A stretch of 64,000 nucleotides of DNA from an uncultured Gemmatimonadota bacterium (GTDB taxonomy: Bacteria > Gemmatimonadota > Gemmatimonadetes > Palauibacterales > Palauibacteraceae). The DNA is taken from the NCBI GenBank assembly GCA_964509895.1, contig CAZDZJ010000118.1, forward strand, positions 4,207 through 68,206, in the 5' to 3' direction. The translations under genes were made by a program, and so were the position numbers. Positions 18,635-27,570 of this stretch are shown here, piece after piece; position 1 is the stretch's first letter, and each line of letters opens with the position of its first letter. The notes under the pieces were generated by a model that saw only the letters and a program-made list of their open reading frames with translations, did no database searches and was not told where the DNA came from.

Positions 18635-19518
18635 TGGACGCCCTATGGAACTACGTGCGTCTGCTTCAAATCGATCTTCTCGACGTCTTCGAGATCACGG
18701 TCGTAGCGATCCTCATCTACCGCGTCCTGATCCTCTGGTCCGGCACGCGCGCGTTTCAGATGCTGTTCGGCCTCGTCCTCCTCGTCGGGGTATACGCGGC
18801 GGCCGGCCGGCTCAACCTCGACCTCATCGAATCGATCCTCTCGCAGGCCTTCACGTACGGCGCCTTCGCCCTCATCGTCGTCTTCCACCCCGAGCTGCGG
18901 AACGCCCTCGCCCGGATCGGGCGCAGCCGCGTGCTCAGCGTGCTCACGCGGCTGCAGGAGCGCAGCGAGGCGGTCGCCGACGAGATCGCGAAAGCGGCGG
19001 CGGAACTGTCCCGCACCCGGACCGGGGCGATCATCGCGATCGAGCGCGAGTTGTCACTGGAGGAGTACATCGAGAAGACGGGGACGCGTCTCCGGGCTGA
19101 CGTATCATCCCCGCTGCTCGTGTCGCTGTTCACGCCCAGGTCGCCCCTTCACGATGGTGCGGTTGTCGTGCGCGATGGGCAGATCGTCGCCGCCGGCGTC
19201 CACCTGCCCCTCACGCAGTATCCGCTCAGCGACCGGACGCTGGGGACGCGGCACCGGGCCACGCTCGGCCTCTCCGAGGAGACGGACGCGTACGTCGTCG
19301 TCGTGTCCGAGGAGACGAGTCAGATTTCGCTCGCCCGGAGGGGCGTCCTGCGCCGAAACCTGGGCGCGCGGCAACTCCGGGACCACCTCGCGGCGGGCGT
19401 TGCGGCCCCCGAACCGGGACGGTCCGGCACGGAGCCGAAAGCGGGGGCCGCGGAGCTGCCGGACGGCGCACGCGATCTGGTTGTCACGCACGAAAGCGGG
19501 CGGCGGGAAACCGTTTGA
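18634..19518 (+). CDS. cdaA: Diadenylate cyclase CdaA (membrane-bound DAC)
   Basis: Three N-terminal TM helices, VVFHPELRNAL..IGR, PLHDGAVV (DGA motif), LGTRHRA.LGLSEETDA..VVVSEET (RHR motif). ATG overlaps the folP stop. Confidence 0.93.
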   Translation: MDALWNYVRLLQIDLLDVFEITVVAILIYRVLILWSGTRAFQMLFGLVLLVGVYAAAGRLNLDLIESILSQAFTYGAFALIVVFHPELRNALARIGRSRVLSVLTRLQERSEAVADEIAKAAAELSRTRTGAIIAIERELSLEEYIEKTGTRLRADVSSPLLVSLFTPRSPLHDGAVVVRDGQIVAAGVHLPLTQYPLSDRTLGTRHRATLGLSEETDAYVVVVSEETSQISLARRGVLRRNLGARQLRDHLAAGVAAPEPGRSGTEPKAGAAELPDGARDLVVTHESGRRETV

Positions 19519-19543
19519 CGGGGCTCCTCCCGTCCCCTAGACT
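19515..19543 (+). promoter_or_regulatory. Sigma-70 promoter for the exbB-exbD-exbD-tonB operon
   Basis: TTGACG (19515-19520), 17-nt spacer, TAGACT (19538-19543). Confidence 0.6.
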
Positions 19544-19599
19544 TGGCCAGTTACGACCAATCCCGGGATTGGGCGACAACCCCCTTACCGGCAGGCGAT

Positions 19600-20256
19600 A
19601 TGGACAATCAGTACGAGTTGCTGACGTTGTTCACCGATGGCGGGTTCATGATGTACCCGCTTGTCCTCTGCTCGCTGATCGCGATCGGCGTGATGCTGGC
19701 CAAGGCGTGGACTCTGACGATCGCCCACCGCGACTCCAAGAAGCTGCTCAACGAAATCGAGAACCTGGGTGTGAGCGGTCGCCTCGGCGAGGCGATCACG
19801 ACGGCCGAGGAGACGCGGGGTCCCGTCGCCGCGATCCTGCTGGCCGGCCTCCGCCGACTCCGCGATCGGGGCAGCGAGGCGCGCACCGACGGGAAGGACA
19901 TCCAGAAGGCAATCGCCACGACGGGTGTGATCGAACTCGACTTCCTCGAGCGCGGGCTCACGGTGCTCGGCACGATCGCCAACGTCGCCCCCATGCTGGG
20001 CTTCCTCGGCACCGTGATCGGCATGATTCTCGCCTTCCAGGCGATCGAGATCGCGGGGCAGGTCGAGCCCGGGCTCGTCGCCGGCGGAATCAAGGTGGCG
20101 CTGATCACGACGGCCACCGGGCTCTCCATCGCGATCCCGGTCAACATCGGCTACAACTGGTTCGTGACCCGCATCGATCGTCTCATCCTCGACATGGAGG
20201 AAGGGGCGCAGGAGGTGCTGGGGTTGATCTGGGACCTCGAAGACCGGCGCTCATAG
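19600..20256 (+). CDS. exbB: MotA/TolQ/ExbB proton channel protein
   Basis: GGFMMYPLVLCS, LGTIANVAPMLGFLGTVIGMI.AF..I, GIKVALITTATGL.IAIP. Confidence 0.92.
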   Translation: MDNQYELLTLFTDGGFMMYPLVLCSLIAIGVMLAKAWTLTIAHRDSKKLLNEIENLGVSGRLGEAITTAEETRGPVAAILLAGLRRLRDRGSEARTDGKDIQKAIATTGVIELDFLERGLTVLGTIANVAPMLGFLGTVIGMILAFQAIEIAGQVEPGLVAGGIKVALITTATGLSIAIPVNIGYNWFVTRIDRLILDMEEGAQEVLGLIWDLEDRRS

Positions 20257-20314
20257 CGGGCGCGCCGGAGAGCCCGAATCGGGTCCCCGGACCCCCAACG
20301 GAGAGAAGTCGACG

Positions 20315-20737
20315 ATGGCGATCATGAAGCGCAAGCAGAAGGTGTCGGACGAGATCCCGACTTCTTCGATGGCGGACATCGCGTTCCTCCTGCTGGTTTT
20401 CTTCCTCACGACGACGGTGTTCAACGAAGAGCGCGGTCTGCCGATCGTTCTGCCCGAACCGGCCGAGGAGCAGGATGTGTCCGGCAGGAACCTGATCTTC
20501 TTCATCGTGCAGCCCGATGGCACCGTGATCGTGCGCCGCGGGGAGAGCGAGCAGGAGCAGATGGTGGCGCATTCGCAGGTGGCCAACATCCTGCGCACCG
20601 AGCTGGAAGGCAACGAGAACCTCATTGCCGCCATCCAGACCGATCCGAACGCCGCGTACCGACACATGGTGAATGTGCTGGACGAAGTGAAGCTGGCGGG
20701 CGCCGAACGAATCTCGCTACAGGAACTGGATAACTAG
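20315..20737 (+). CDS. exbD: Biopolymer transporter ExbD/TolR (copy 1)
   Basis: IPTSSMADIAFLLLVFFLTTTVF (Asp in the TM helix), C-terminal D..AAYRHMVNVLDEVKLAG. Confidence 0.9.
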   Translation: MAIMKRKQKVSDEIPTSSMADIAFLLLVFFLTTTVFNEERGLPIVLPEPAEEQDVSGRNLIFFIVQPDGTVIVRRGESEQEQMVAHSQVANILRTELEGNENLIAAIQTDPNAAYRHMVNVLDEVKLAGAERISLQELDN

Positions 20738-21184
20738 ATGGCGATCAAGGACAGCGGCTTCAAGAAAAAGTCGGGATCGGACGGGTCGATTCCCACCTCG
20801 TCCATGGCGGACATCGCGTTTCTCCTCCTCATCTTCTTCATGGTGACGACGGTCTTCCGAAAGGACCGGAACCGGCAGATCGAGTGGACGACGGCCGAAG
20901 CCACCGAGAAGATCGACGAGAAGCGAGCCAACATCCTGCACCTCTGGATCCAGCGCGACGGCTCGGTATGGATCAACGATGTCCTGACCCCCTTCGAGGA
21001 TATCTCCGAGGCGGTTCGGCCCATCTACGCGGAGAACCGGGAACTCGTGGTCGCGATTCGCGGCGATTCCGAGGTGCCCTATCAGCAGATCAACACGATT
21101 ACGGAAGAACTGCAGTCCGCCGGCGCGGTTCGCGTAACCTTCGCCACACGACTCGAGCAGCGCGCGATGCGGGCTCGGCGCTAA
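20738..21184 (+). CDS. exbD: Biopolymer transporter ExbD/TolR (copy 2)
   Basis: IPTSSMADIAFLLLIFFMVTTVF, IRGDSEVPYQQI..I.EELQSAG. Confidence 0.9.
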   Translation: MAIKDSGFKKKSGSDGSIPTSSMADIAFLLLIFFMVTTVFRKDRNRQIEWTTAEATEKIDEKRANILHLWIQRDGSVWINDVLTPFEDISEAVRPIYAENRELVVAIRGDSEVPYQQINTITEELQSAGAVRVTFATRLEQRAMRARR

Positions 21185-21226
21185 GGGTAGCAGCCGGAGA
21201 AGAGGCTGCAGGAGACCGGGAGAGAG

Positions 21227-21889
21227 ATGATGGAAGAGACCGGCATTCGGCTCACCGCGAACGACCAGTTCAAGCGCGCGAGCACCAACTGGACGCAGAT
21301 CGGCCTGATGGCGGCGGTCATGCTCCACTTCGGGCTGTTCGTGCTCGTCAAGCCGTTCGAGGCCGCGGACCTCGGCACCGTTGTGGACGAAATCGAGGCG
21401 GTAGCCCTGCCGCCTGAAGTGAAGATCCCGCCGCCGCCGGAGCAGATCGCGCGTCCCGCCACCCCGCGGGTCGCTTCGGTCGACATCTCCGAGGATATTA
21501 CGATCGCGGAAACGACGTTCGAGTCGTTCACGACCGAAAACGCGCTGCCGCCGCCACCCGAGACGGGGAGTCCGGCGGACCGCCCCTCCTTCATCGCGTA
21601 CGACACGCCGCCCGTGATGCTGAACGGCGGTGAGATTCAGCAGATCCTGGAACGCGAGTATCCGCGTACGCTGAAGGATGCCGGCATCGGCGGACGCGTC
21701 GAACTCTGGTTGTATGTGACCGAGGGTGGGGCCGTCGAGAACTTCGAGGTCAAGACATCCTCCAATAACCCGCTGCTCGACGAAGCCGCGGGGAAGGTCG
21801 TGCAGCAGATGAGGTTCACCCCGGCCCGGAACCGCGACAGGGTGACGGCGGTGTGGGTCTCCCAGTGGGTGACGTTCCAGGTGATCTAG
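21227..21889 (+). CDS. tonB: Energy transducer TonB
   Basis: TM helix with His (AAVMLHFGLF), Pro-rich linker, YP..LKDAGIGGRV.L..YV...G.V....V..SS..PLLDEAA...V..MRFTPA. Confidence 0.88.
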   Translation: MMEETGIRLTANDQFKRASTNWTQIGLMAAVMLHFGLFVLVKPFEAADLGTVVDEIEAVALPPEVKIPPPPEQIARPATPRVASVDISEDITIAETTFESFTTENALPPPPETGSPADRPSFIAYDTPPVMLNGGEIQQILEREYPRTLKDAGIGGRVELWLYVTEGGAVENFEVKTSSNNPLLDEAAGKVVQQMRFTPARNRDRVTAVWVSQWVTFQVI

Positions 21890-21946
21890 TGTAGACAGCA
21901 GCAGCAACGGGCTGTTAGCCCCCCCGGCAACCCGACCGGGTCCCAC

Positions 21947-21988
21947 ACGCCCGGCGCCGCTCCGAGTGGCGCCGGGCGTTGGTTTTTT
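21947..21988 (+). terminator. Intrinsic terminator after tonB
   Basis: ACGCCCGGCGCCGC-TCCGA-GTGGCGCCGGGCGT followed by TGGTTTTTT. Confidence 0.8.
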
Positions 21989-22002
21989 GAGGCGAGCGTC
22001 CG

Positions 22003-22008
22003 TAGACT
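22003..22008 (+). promoter_or_regulatory. -10 element TAGACT placed for leaderless transcription of yggS
   Basis: TAGACT ends 7 nt before the GTG start at 22016, with no SD in between. Confidence 0.5.
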
Positions 22009-22015
22009 GTGCCGC

Positions 22016-22714
22016 GTGACGAACGATCAGGTCGAGGCCCGGCTGGCCCGAGTGATGGAGCGCATCGGGGCCGCGGCAAGGCGGGCCGGGCGGCATGCGG
22101 ACGACGTCGAGATCCTCCCGGTGACGAAGGGGCATCCGGCGCGGGCCATCGAGATCGTGGGGGGGCTCGGCGTGGGCCGGATCGGGGAGAACCGGGTTCC
22201 GGAGGCCGAGGCCAAGCGATCGGAGTTGGGGCCGACGTCCGGCGTCGCGTGGCATCTGATCGGCCGGCTGCAGCGCAACAAGGCGCGGCGGGCGGTCCGG
22301 CTGTTCGACGTCGTGGAGTCTGTCGACAGCGTGCGGCTGGCGGGAACGCTGAGCCGCATCGTCCGGGAGGAGGCGTGCGAGCCGGTCGAAGCGCTCGTGC
22401 AGGTGAACACGTCGGGTGAGGCCGCGAAGGCCGGGTTGGGTCCGGAGGTTGCACTCGACGCGGTGGCCGAAATCTGCGAACTGCCCGGTCTGCGCGTAGC
22501 CGGGCTGATGACCATGGCTCCGTTCACCGGGGACGAGGCCGTGCTCCGGCAGACGTTTCGTCGCGCGGCGCGTCTGCTGGGACGCTGTCGCTCGGAGATC
22601 CCGGCCTTCGGAGGCCGGACGCTCTCGATGGGGATGAGCAACGACTTCGAGATCGCGATCGAGGAGGGGAGTACGCGGGTGCGGCTCGGCACCGTGCTGC
22701 TGGGGGAGAGATGA
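22016..22714 (+). CDS. yggS: YggS/PLPBP pyridoxal-phosphate homeostasis protein
   Basis: ILPVTKGH (PLP Lys), IGENRVPEA..K, WHLIGRLQRNK, VQVNTSGE..KAG, GLMTMAP, LSMGMSNDFE.AIEEGST.VRLGT.L.G.R. Confidence 0.95.
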   Translation: MTNDQVEARLARVMERIGAAARRAGRHADDVEILPVTKGHPARAIEIVGGLGVGRIGENRVPEAEAKRSELGPTSGVAWHLIGRLQRNKARRAVRLFDVVESVDSVRLAGTLSRIVREEACEPVEALVQVNTSGEAAKAGLGPEVALDAVAEICELPGLRVAGLMTMAPFTGDEAVLRQTFRRAARLLGRCRSEIPAFGGRTLSMGMSNDFEIAIEEGSTRVRLGTVLLGER

Positions 22715-23337
22715 TCGATCTGACACCGCTGGATGTTCGGAAGAAGAGGGAGGACTTCAGGCGCACGGTGCGCGGGTACGATCCGGGCCAGGTCGATGCT
22801 TTCCTCGCGGTGGTGGCGGATCGTCTGGAGCGCTACGTGCGCGAACACGTGGTTCTCAGCGAACGGATCGGGCGGCAGGAGGAGCAGCTCGAAAGCTACC
22901 GGACTCGCGAGAGGGCCCTCAACGAAGCGCTTCTCGCCGCGCAGGAGTTGCGGGAGGAGGCCCGCCTCCAGTCCGAACGCGACGCGTCGGTGCGGGTCCG
23001 TGAGGCCGAAACGCGCGCGCACGCCGTTCTGGCCGACGCGGAGCAGGTCGTCCGCCTCTGCCACGAAAAGGTCGAGGACCTGAAGGCGACGCGAGGCCGC
23101 TTCCTCGCCTCCCTGCGGAAGCTGTTCGAACGTTTCGACGAGTATCTCGATTTTGAGGGTGAACGGTTCGGCGATGGGCCGGAAGACCTCGATCAGTTTG
23201 TCGAACGGTTGCGCCGGATCGGGGAAGACTCCCTCGAGGACGCCGCTGCCGAGCCTTCCGCCCCGCAGCCGGCCCACGAGCCCCCGCCCACGATTAGCCA
23301 GGTCGACGCCGGCGGTTCGGGCGCCGCGTCGACCTGA
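22711..23337 (+). CDS. divIVA: DivIVA domain-containing protein
   Basis: LTPLDVRKK.EDFRRTVRGYDPGQVDAFL (DivIVA N-terminal motif) followed by a coiled coil. Confidence 0.9.
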   Translation: MIDLTPLDVRKKREDFRRTVRGYDPGQVDAFLAVVADRLERYVREHVVLSERIGRQEEQLESYRTRERALNEALLAAQELREEARLQSERDASVRVREAETRAHAVLADAEQVVRLCHEKVEDLKATRGRFLASLRKLFERFDEYLDFEGERFGDGPEDLDQFVERLRRIGEDSLEDAAAEPSAPQPAHEPPPTISQVDAGGSGAAST

Positions 23338-23414
23338 CCGCAGCCCGGGGCTGCGCACGCCCGCCGTTCCGACGCCCGCGTCGATCATCCGGAAACACCA
23401 GATGGAGCACCCCC

Positions 23415-26400
23415 ATGGCCTACCGGCCAATACCGGATTCCGTCCGGGGACTGGAAGCCGAAGTCCTCGGGCGCTGGGAGAAAGAGAAGACCTTCGAGCA
23501 GAGTCTGGCGGCTCGGGCCGATGCGCCGGACTTCGTGTTCTACGAAGGACCGCCGACGGCGAATGCCAACCCGGGCGTGCACCATATCCTCGCGCGCACG
23601 ATCAAGGACACGGTGGGGCGGTACCGCACCATGTCCGGCTACCATGTCCCGCGTAAGGCCGGCTGGGATACACACGGGCTGCCCGTCGAACTCGAGGTCG
23701 AGCGCGCGCTCGGCATCTCCGGCAAGCCGGATATTGAGCATTACGGGGTCAGGAAGTTCAACGAGGCCTGCCGGAGCAACGTGTTCCGCTACCAGGACGA
23801 GTGGGAACGGCTGTCCCGCCACATCGGCTACTGGCTGGACTACGGCGATCCGTACGTCACCTGCTCACGGGAGTTCGTCGAGTCCGGCTGGTGGGCCCTC
23901 TCGGAGATAGAGAAGCGGGGGCTGCTGTACCGGGGATACAGAGTCCTCCCGACGTGTCCGCGCTGCGGCACCGGCCTCTCGAGCCACGAGGTTGCCCAGG
24001 GCTACCGGGACGTGACCGAGCCTGCCGTCACGATGAAATTCCACCTCGTCGACGACCCGGACGGCGCGCGGGTCCTGGGCTGGACCACGACGCCGTGGAC
24101 GCTTCCGGGCAACCTCGGTCTCGCCGTGGGGCCCGACATCTCCTATGCCCGCGTGCGCATCCTGCCGGAGGATGCGAACCGCGCGACGCCCCCGGGCCGG
24201 GCTCACGACGGGCCTGGCGGGGCTTCTCCCGGCGAAGTGCTCATCCTGGCTCGAGACCGCGTTGCCGAGGTCCTTCGCCACCCGTACGAGATCGAAGCGG
24301 AGGTGAGCGGGGCCGAACTCGCCGGGCGGAGCTACCACCCGCTCTTCCCGGGCGCGGTGGACGGCTCCCGCTCCGCCGCCGCGTGGACCGTGCTCCAGGC
24401 GGACTTCGTCACGGTCGATGAAGGCACGGGCGTTGTCCACACGGCCGTGATGTATGGAGAAGATGACTTCCGGCTGGGAGAGGCGGCCGGGCTGCCGATG
24501 CAGCACACGGTCGGGGAGGACGGACGTTTTCTGGGAACCGTTCCGGGCGGACTCGCCGGCATGCACGTGAAGGACAGAGCGACCGAACGCGCGATCCGCG
24601 ACTGGGCTGTGGCCCACGACCAGCTGTACCTGCGCGAGATGTACGAGCACAGCTACCCGCACTGCTGGCGGTGCGAAAGCGCGCTCCTCTACATGGCGCG
24701 GGATTCCTGGTACATCCGCACGACCTCGGTGCGGGACCGCCTGCTGGAGCACAACGCGTCCATCGACTGGCACCCGCCGGAAACGGGGTCCGGCCGCATG
24801 GGCGAGTGGCTGAAGAACAATGTGGACTGGGCGCTCTCCCGAGAGCGCTACTGGGGAACGCCGCTCCCGATCTGGCTCTGCTCCGAGGATGCCGGGCATC
24901 GGGAGGTGCTCGGGTCCTTCGCGGAACTGGGACGGCGGGTCGGTGGTCTTCCTGACGGCTTCGACCCGCATCGGCCGGAGATCGATGGCTACGAGTGGGA
25001 TTGCGCCGCCGACGCATGCCGCGGTCGCATGCGAAGGGTGCCCGAGGTCGCCGACGCGTGGTTCGACTCCGGTTCGATGCCGTTTGCCCAGTGGCACTAC
25101 CCGTTCGAGAACCGGGAGACCTTCGAGCGCTTCTTTCCGGCGGACTTCATCGCCGAAGGCGTCGACCAGACGCGCGGATGGTTCTATTCGCTTCTCGCGC
25201 TGTCCACCATCCTCTTCGACCGTGCCCCCTTCAGGGCCGTGATCGTCAACGACCAGGTGCTGGACGCCGAGGGGCGGAAGATGTCGAAGTCACGGGGCAA
25301 TGCGGTGGATCCGCGCGACGCGCTCGACACCTACGGGGCCGATGTCACGCGCTTCTACTTCCTCTCGGGGTCCAACCCGTGGGTGCCGAAGCGGTGGGAT
25401 CCGGCCGCGCTGCGCGAGACCGACCGCAAGCTGTTCGCGACGCTGCGCCACACCTACCGCTTCTTCGCCCTCTACGCCAACGAGGAGGGCTGGTCCCACA
25501 CGGAGCCCGGGGCGGCCCGCGTCGCCGGCCGAAGCGACCTCGACCGCTGGGTGCTCGCGCGCCTGGACGGGGTGGTCGTGCGGGTGGGAGAAGCGCTGGA
25601 GTCGTTCGATCTCACGGCGGGGGCCCGCGCCATCCAGGAATTCGTGCTCGACGATGTGTCGAACTGGTACGTGCGCCGCAGCCGCGACCGTTTCTGGGCG
25701 ACACAGCCGGGGACCGCCGCGGCGGGCGCCGACGCCTTCGCGACGCTGCACGAATGTCTCGCCACGACCGCGCGGCTGCTCGCCCCCTACGCGCCCTTCC
25801 TGTCCGACTGGCTGTACCGGGCGCTCACCGGTGAAGGCTCCGTCCACCTGGCGGGCTTTCCGGTCCCGGCGGGACGTTCCGAACCCGCACTGGAGGAGGC
25901 GATGGAGGATGTTCGACGCCTGGTGGCGCTGGGCCGCGCCGCGCGGGAAAAGGCGGGGGTCCGGATCCGCCAGCCTCTGCGTACCCTGCATGCCGTGCTG
26001 CCGGGGGGGCGCGCACTGGCCGACCCCATGGCGGCGCTCGTGATGGAGGAACTCAACGTAAAAAAGGTTGTGTCGCTGGGGGATAGCGAAGATCTTGTTC
26101 GGCTGTACGCGAAACCGCATTTCGGGGCGCTGGGTCCGAAGCACGGCGCACGTACGCCGGCGGTCGCGGCGGAGATCGGGAATCTGAATACGTTCGCGCT
26201 GAGCAGGCTCCGTGATGGCGAGCCGATCGAAATCAGGGTCGGCGGCGGTCGGGTCCGGGTGACGCCCGAAGACGTCGTGATTCGAGAGGAGACGCTCACG
26301 GATCTCGCCGTGGCCGCGGGCGATGGTTACCTCGCCGCGGTGGATACGGACATCGATGACGCGTTGCGCGCCGAAGGCTATGCGCGGGAGATCGTGAACC

Positions 26401-26651
26401 GCGTCCAGCGCCTTCGACGCGATGCCGGGTTCGAGGTCGCCGACCGCATCCGGCTCGGTGTGGCGGGTCCGGCGGGTCTGGAACGGGCGGTGTCGGCGCA
26501 CGAGGCCTACATCGCCGGCGAGACGCTCGCTGTGGAGGTGGAGACGGGATCGGCCCCGCTGGGGGCCCTGAGTACATCCGTAGTGAAGATCGATGACGCC
26601 GAAGTCCGTATCGGAATCGGCGAAGTCGGCGACGACGCTTGCAAAGCATGA
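23415..26651 (+). CDS. ileS: Isoleucine--tRNA ligase, type 2 (IleRS2)
   Basis: FYEGPPTAN..PGVHH, GWDTHGLPVE, WTTTPWTLPGN, DWALSRERYWG.PLP.W, WFDSGSMP, DFIAEGVDQTRGWFY, KMSKS, IleRS2-type C-terminus (EG.AREIVNRVQ.LR..AGFEV.DRI). Confidence 0.97.
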   Translation: MAYRPIPDSVRGLEAEVLGRWEKEKTFEQSLAARADAPDFVFYEGPPTANANPGVHHILARTIKDTVGRYRTMSGYHVPRKAGWDTHGLPVELEVERALGISGKPDIEHYGVRKFNEACRSNVFRYQDEWERLSRHIGYWLDYGDPYVTCSREFVESGWWALSEIEKRGLLYRGYRVLPTCPRCGTGLSSHEVAQGYRDVTEPAVTMKFHLVDDPDGARVLGWTTTPWTLPGNLGLAVGPDISYARVRILPEDANRATPPGRAHDGPGGASPGEVLILARDRVAEVLRHPYEIEAEVSGAELAGRSYHPLFPGAVDGSRSAAAWTVLQADFVTVDEGTGVVHTAVMYGEDDFRLGEAAGLPMQHTVGEDGRFLGTVPGGLAGMHVKDRATERAIRDWAVAHDQLYLREMYEHSYPHCWRCESALLYMARDSWYIRTTSVRDRLLEHNASIDWHPPETGSGRMGEWLKNNVDWALSRERYWGTPLPIWLCSEDAGHREVLGSFAELGRRVGGLPDGFDPHRPEIDGYEWDCAADACRGRMRRVPEVADAWFDSGSMPFAQWHYPFENRETFERFFPADFIAEGVDQTRGWFYSLLALSTILFDRAPFRAVIVNDQVLDAEGRKMSKSRGNAVDPRDALDTYGADVTRFYFLSGSNPWVPKRWDPAALRETDRKLFATLRHTYRFFALYANEEGWSHTEPGAARVAGRSDLDRWVLARLDGVVVRVGEALESFDLTAGARAIQEFVLDDVSNWYVRRSRDRFWATQPGTAAAGADAFATLHECLATTARLLAPYAPFLSDWLYRALTGEGSVHLAGFPVPAGRSEPALEEAMEDVRRLVALGRAAREKAGVRIRQPLRTLHAVLPGGRALADPMAALVMEELNVKKVVSLGDSEDLVRLYAKPHFGALGPKHGARTPAVAAEIGNLNTFALSRLRDGEPIEIRVGGGRVRVTPEDVVIREETLTDLAVAAGDGYLAAVDTDIDDALRAEGYAREIVNRVQRLRRDAGFEVADRIRLGVAGPAGLERAVSAHEAYIAGETLAVEVETGSAPLGALSTSVVKIDDAEVRIGIGEVGDDACKA

Positions 26652-27028
26652 ACGCGGAACAACGAAAACACATCGAGAAGAGGCTGCTGCAGGCGCGTTC
26701 GCGCGCAACGCGGGAACTCGGGCAGTATGACGACACGTTCACGAGCGCCCTGCAGGGTGCGGACAGCGACCTGGCCGCCTACAGCTTCCATATGGCGGAC
26801 CAGGGGACGGACGCCATGGAGCGCGAGAAGGCGTTCCTGTTCGCGAGCAAGGAGGGCCGGCTGCTCTACCATATCGACGAGGCGTTGCGGCGGCTCTATC
26901 GCAACCCGGAGCAGTTCGGGAGGTGCGAGCACTGCGGCGAGGAGATCGACTTCGAACGGCTCGACGCCCTTCCGCACGCACGGCTCTGCATCCGTTGCAA
27001 GGAAAGAGAAGAGACCGGTGCAGGCTGA
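26648..27028 (+). CDS. TraR/DksA family C4 zinc-finger transcription factor
   Basis: HMADQGTDAMERE, IDEAL.R, FGRCEHCGEEI...RL.ALP.ARLCIRCKE. Confidence 0.9.
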   Translation: MNAEQRKHIEKRLLQARSRATRELGQYDDTFTSALQGADSDLAAYSFHMADQGTDAMEREKAFLFASKEGRLLYHIDEALRRLYRNPEQFGRCEHCGEEIDFERLDALPHARLCIRCKEREETGAG

Positions 27029-27569
27029 ACCCGCGCCGCCGGCAAGAAACGACCTCGCCGCACGGCTCTGGCTGACCCTCGTGCCGATCGTGGTCATCCT
27101 CACGCTGGACATCGTGACCAAGGCGTGGGTCATGAACACGTTCGAGTTGTACGAGCAGACGCCCGTGATCGGCGATTTCTTCCGCTTCACGTATACGCAC
27201 AACCGGGGCGCCGCGTTCGGGCTCGACATCGGGGAACATTCCCGAATCTTCTTTCTCATCCTGTCCCTGGTCGCGCTCGGCATTCTCGGCGCCATCTACC
27301 GCGGCACGCCATCCTCGGACCGGCTGCGCGTCCTCGCCATCGCGCTCGTCTCCGCCGGCGCGCTGGGCAACATCTGGGACCGCATCCGGCTGGAAGCGGG
27401 GGTCGTCGACTTCCTCGACTTCGGCATCGGCACGAGCCGTTTTCCCATCTTCAATATCGCGGACTCCGCCGTGACGGTCGGTGCGGTGCTGCTGCTGATC
27501 TCGTTCTGGCTCGAGGGCCGGCGCGAGAGGGAGATGGCGGCCGTGTCGGCGGAGGCGACCCCCGAGTGA
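27018..27569 (+). CDS. lspA: Lipoprotein signal peptidase II
   Basis: LDIVTK, NRGAAFG, GALGNIWDRI, VVDFLD, FPIFNIADSAVTVG. Confidence 0.95.
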   Translation: MQAEPAPPARNDLAARLWLTLVPIVVILTLDIVTKAWVMNTFELYEQTPVIGDFFRFTYTHNRGAAFGLDIGEHSRIFFLILSLVALGILGAIYRGTPSSDRLRVLAIALVSAGALGNIWDRIRLEAGVVDFLDFGIGTSRFPIFNIADSAVTVGAVLLLISFWLEGRREREMAAVSAEATPE

Positions 27570-27570
27570 A

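Noticed and set aside
21886-21918. CTAGTGTAG at the tonB stop, resembling the end of the CTAG element
   Set aside because: Only 9 nt match the solo end and there is no matching inverted partner; too weak to count as a copy.
23338-23414. T-box riboswitch upstream of ileS
   Set aside because: The gap is only 77 nt with no T-box consensus or terminator; there is just a short GC hairpin.
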